Source: an uncultured Clostridia bacterium (lineage in GTDB: Bacteria; Bacillota; Clostridia; TANB77; CAG-508). From it: a DNA stretch of 64,000 nucleotides. The stretch covers positions 129,862 to 193,861 of the forward strand of contig CAPIEU010000002.1 in NCBI GenBank assembly GCA_948630815.1. The letters are read 5' to 3'. Position 1 is the stretch's first letter. Every line of letters begins with the position of its first letter. A program made the translations under genes and the position numbers. Below the pieces are notes generated by a model that saw nothing but the letters and a program-made list of their open reading frames with translations, was not told the origin of the DNA and ran no database searches. Shown here piece by piece: positions 63,543-64,000 of the stretch.

Positions 63543-64000
63543 TGAAGAAAATAATTTTGATAATATTATGATTAGGGCATTAGAGAGGGTTAGTGGTGAC
63601 ATAGATAAAAGGGAAGGATCCGTTATCTATGATGCTTTATCTCCAATGGCAGCAGAACTAGCACAAGCCTACATTGTTATAGATGGAATAATTGATTTAG
63701 TATTTCCAGATACTTCTGTTGGAGAATATCTTGGTAGATTAGTTGAACAAATAGGATTAGAAAGAGGAAAAGCAACAAAGGCAATTAGAAAAGGTGTATT
63801 TTATGACGAAGAACAAAACAAAATGAATGTAGATATAGGGGCTGTTTTTGGAATTGACGAATTATATTATACAGTAATAGAACAACTTTCAACAGGCGAA
63901 TACAAATTAGAATGTAATACACCAGGAAAAATTGGAAATAACCCTTTAGGGGTATTGCTACCAATAGATTACAATATTAAGAATTTAGGTTTAGCACAGA
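63535..64000 (+). CDS. baseplate J-like protein (XkdT-like), 3' partial
   Basis: ALERVSGDIDKREGSVIYDALSPMAAELAQAY is a typical baseplate J N-terminus. It runs off the window. Confidence 0.7.
   Translation, partial: MYSEENNFDNIMIRALERVSGDIDKREGSVIYDALSPMAAELAQAYIVIDGIIDLVFPDTSVGEYLGRLVEQIGLERGKATKAIRKGVFYDEEQNKMNVDIGAVFGIDELYYTVIEQLSTGEYKLECNTPGKIGNNPLGVLLPIDYNIKNLGLAQ

Larger units (their letters stand above)
26700..64000. mobile_element. integrated myovirus-type prophage (PBSX/SPP1-like structural module), right end beyond the window
   Basis: Integrase at the left end, then a CI/Cro switch, recombination and replication genes, terS/terL, portal, capsid, sheath, tube, tape measure and baseplate, in canonical order. 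Confidence 0.9.

Overview
This is a very AT-rich, Clostridium-like Firmicutes window. Positions 1-26.7 kb are chromosomal housekeeping genes: radical SAM, tyrS, murD, ytvI, recG, a T-box leader with valS, pgsA, ligA and mazG. Small accessory and defence loci sit among them: a type III ToxI/ToxN (AbiQ-like) RNA-protein toxin-antitoxin locus, an MntA/HepT nucleotidyltransferase-HEPN pair, a single-chain MmeI-family type IIL restriction-modification enzyme flanked by a 23-nt direct repeat, and MITE-like palindromic repeats. From about 26.7 kb to the window end lies an integrated PBSX/SPP1-like myovirus prophage. It carries an integrase, a CI/Cro switch with three 19-bp operators, a RecT/YqaJ recombination module, a DUF4373 replication protein with internal iterons, a DNA methyltransferase, RtcB, ArpU, ParB-like proteins, terS/terL, portal, a gp7-toxin fusion, capsid, sheath/tube, a chaperone with a canonical -1 frameshift, a tape measure and baseplate genes. 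The most unusual signal is not a gene. All ten interrupted genes in the window (host recG and ligA plus eight prophage genes) are broken in the same way. An extra C sits exactly at a codon boundary in front of a conserved glycine codon, so the upstream frame reads CGG and the protein continues in +1 from GGN. This is either a phase-locked systematic sequence artefact or translational recoding (CGG-triggered +1 frameshifting or four-base CGGN decoding as Gly). It should be checked first.
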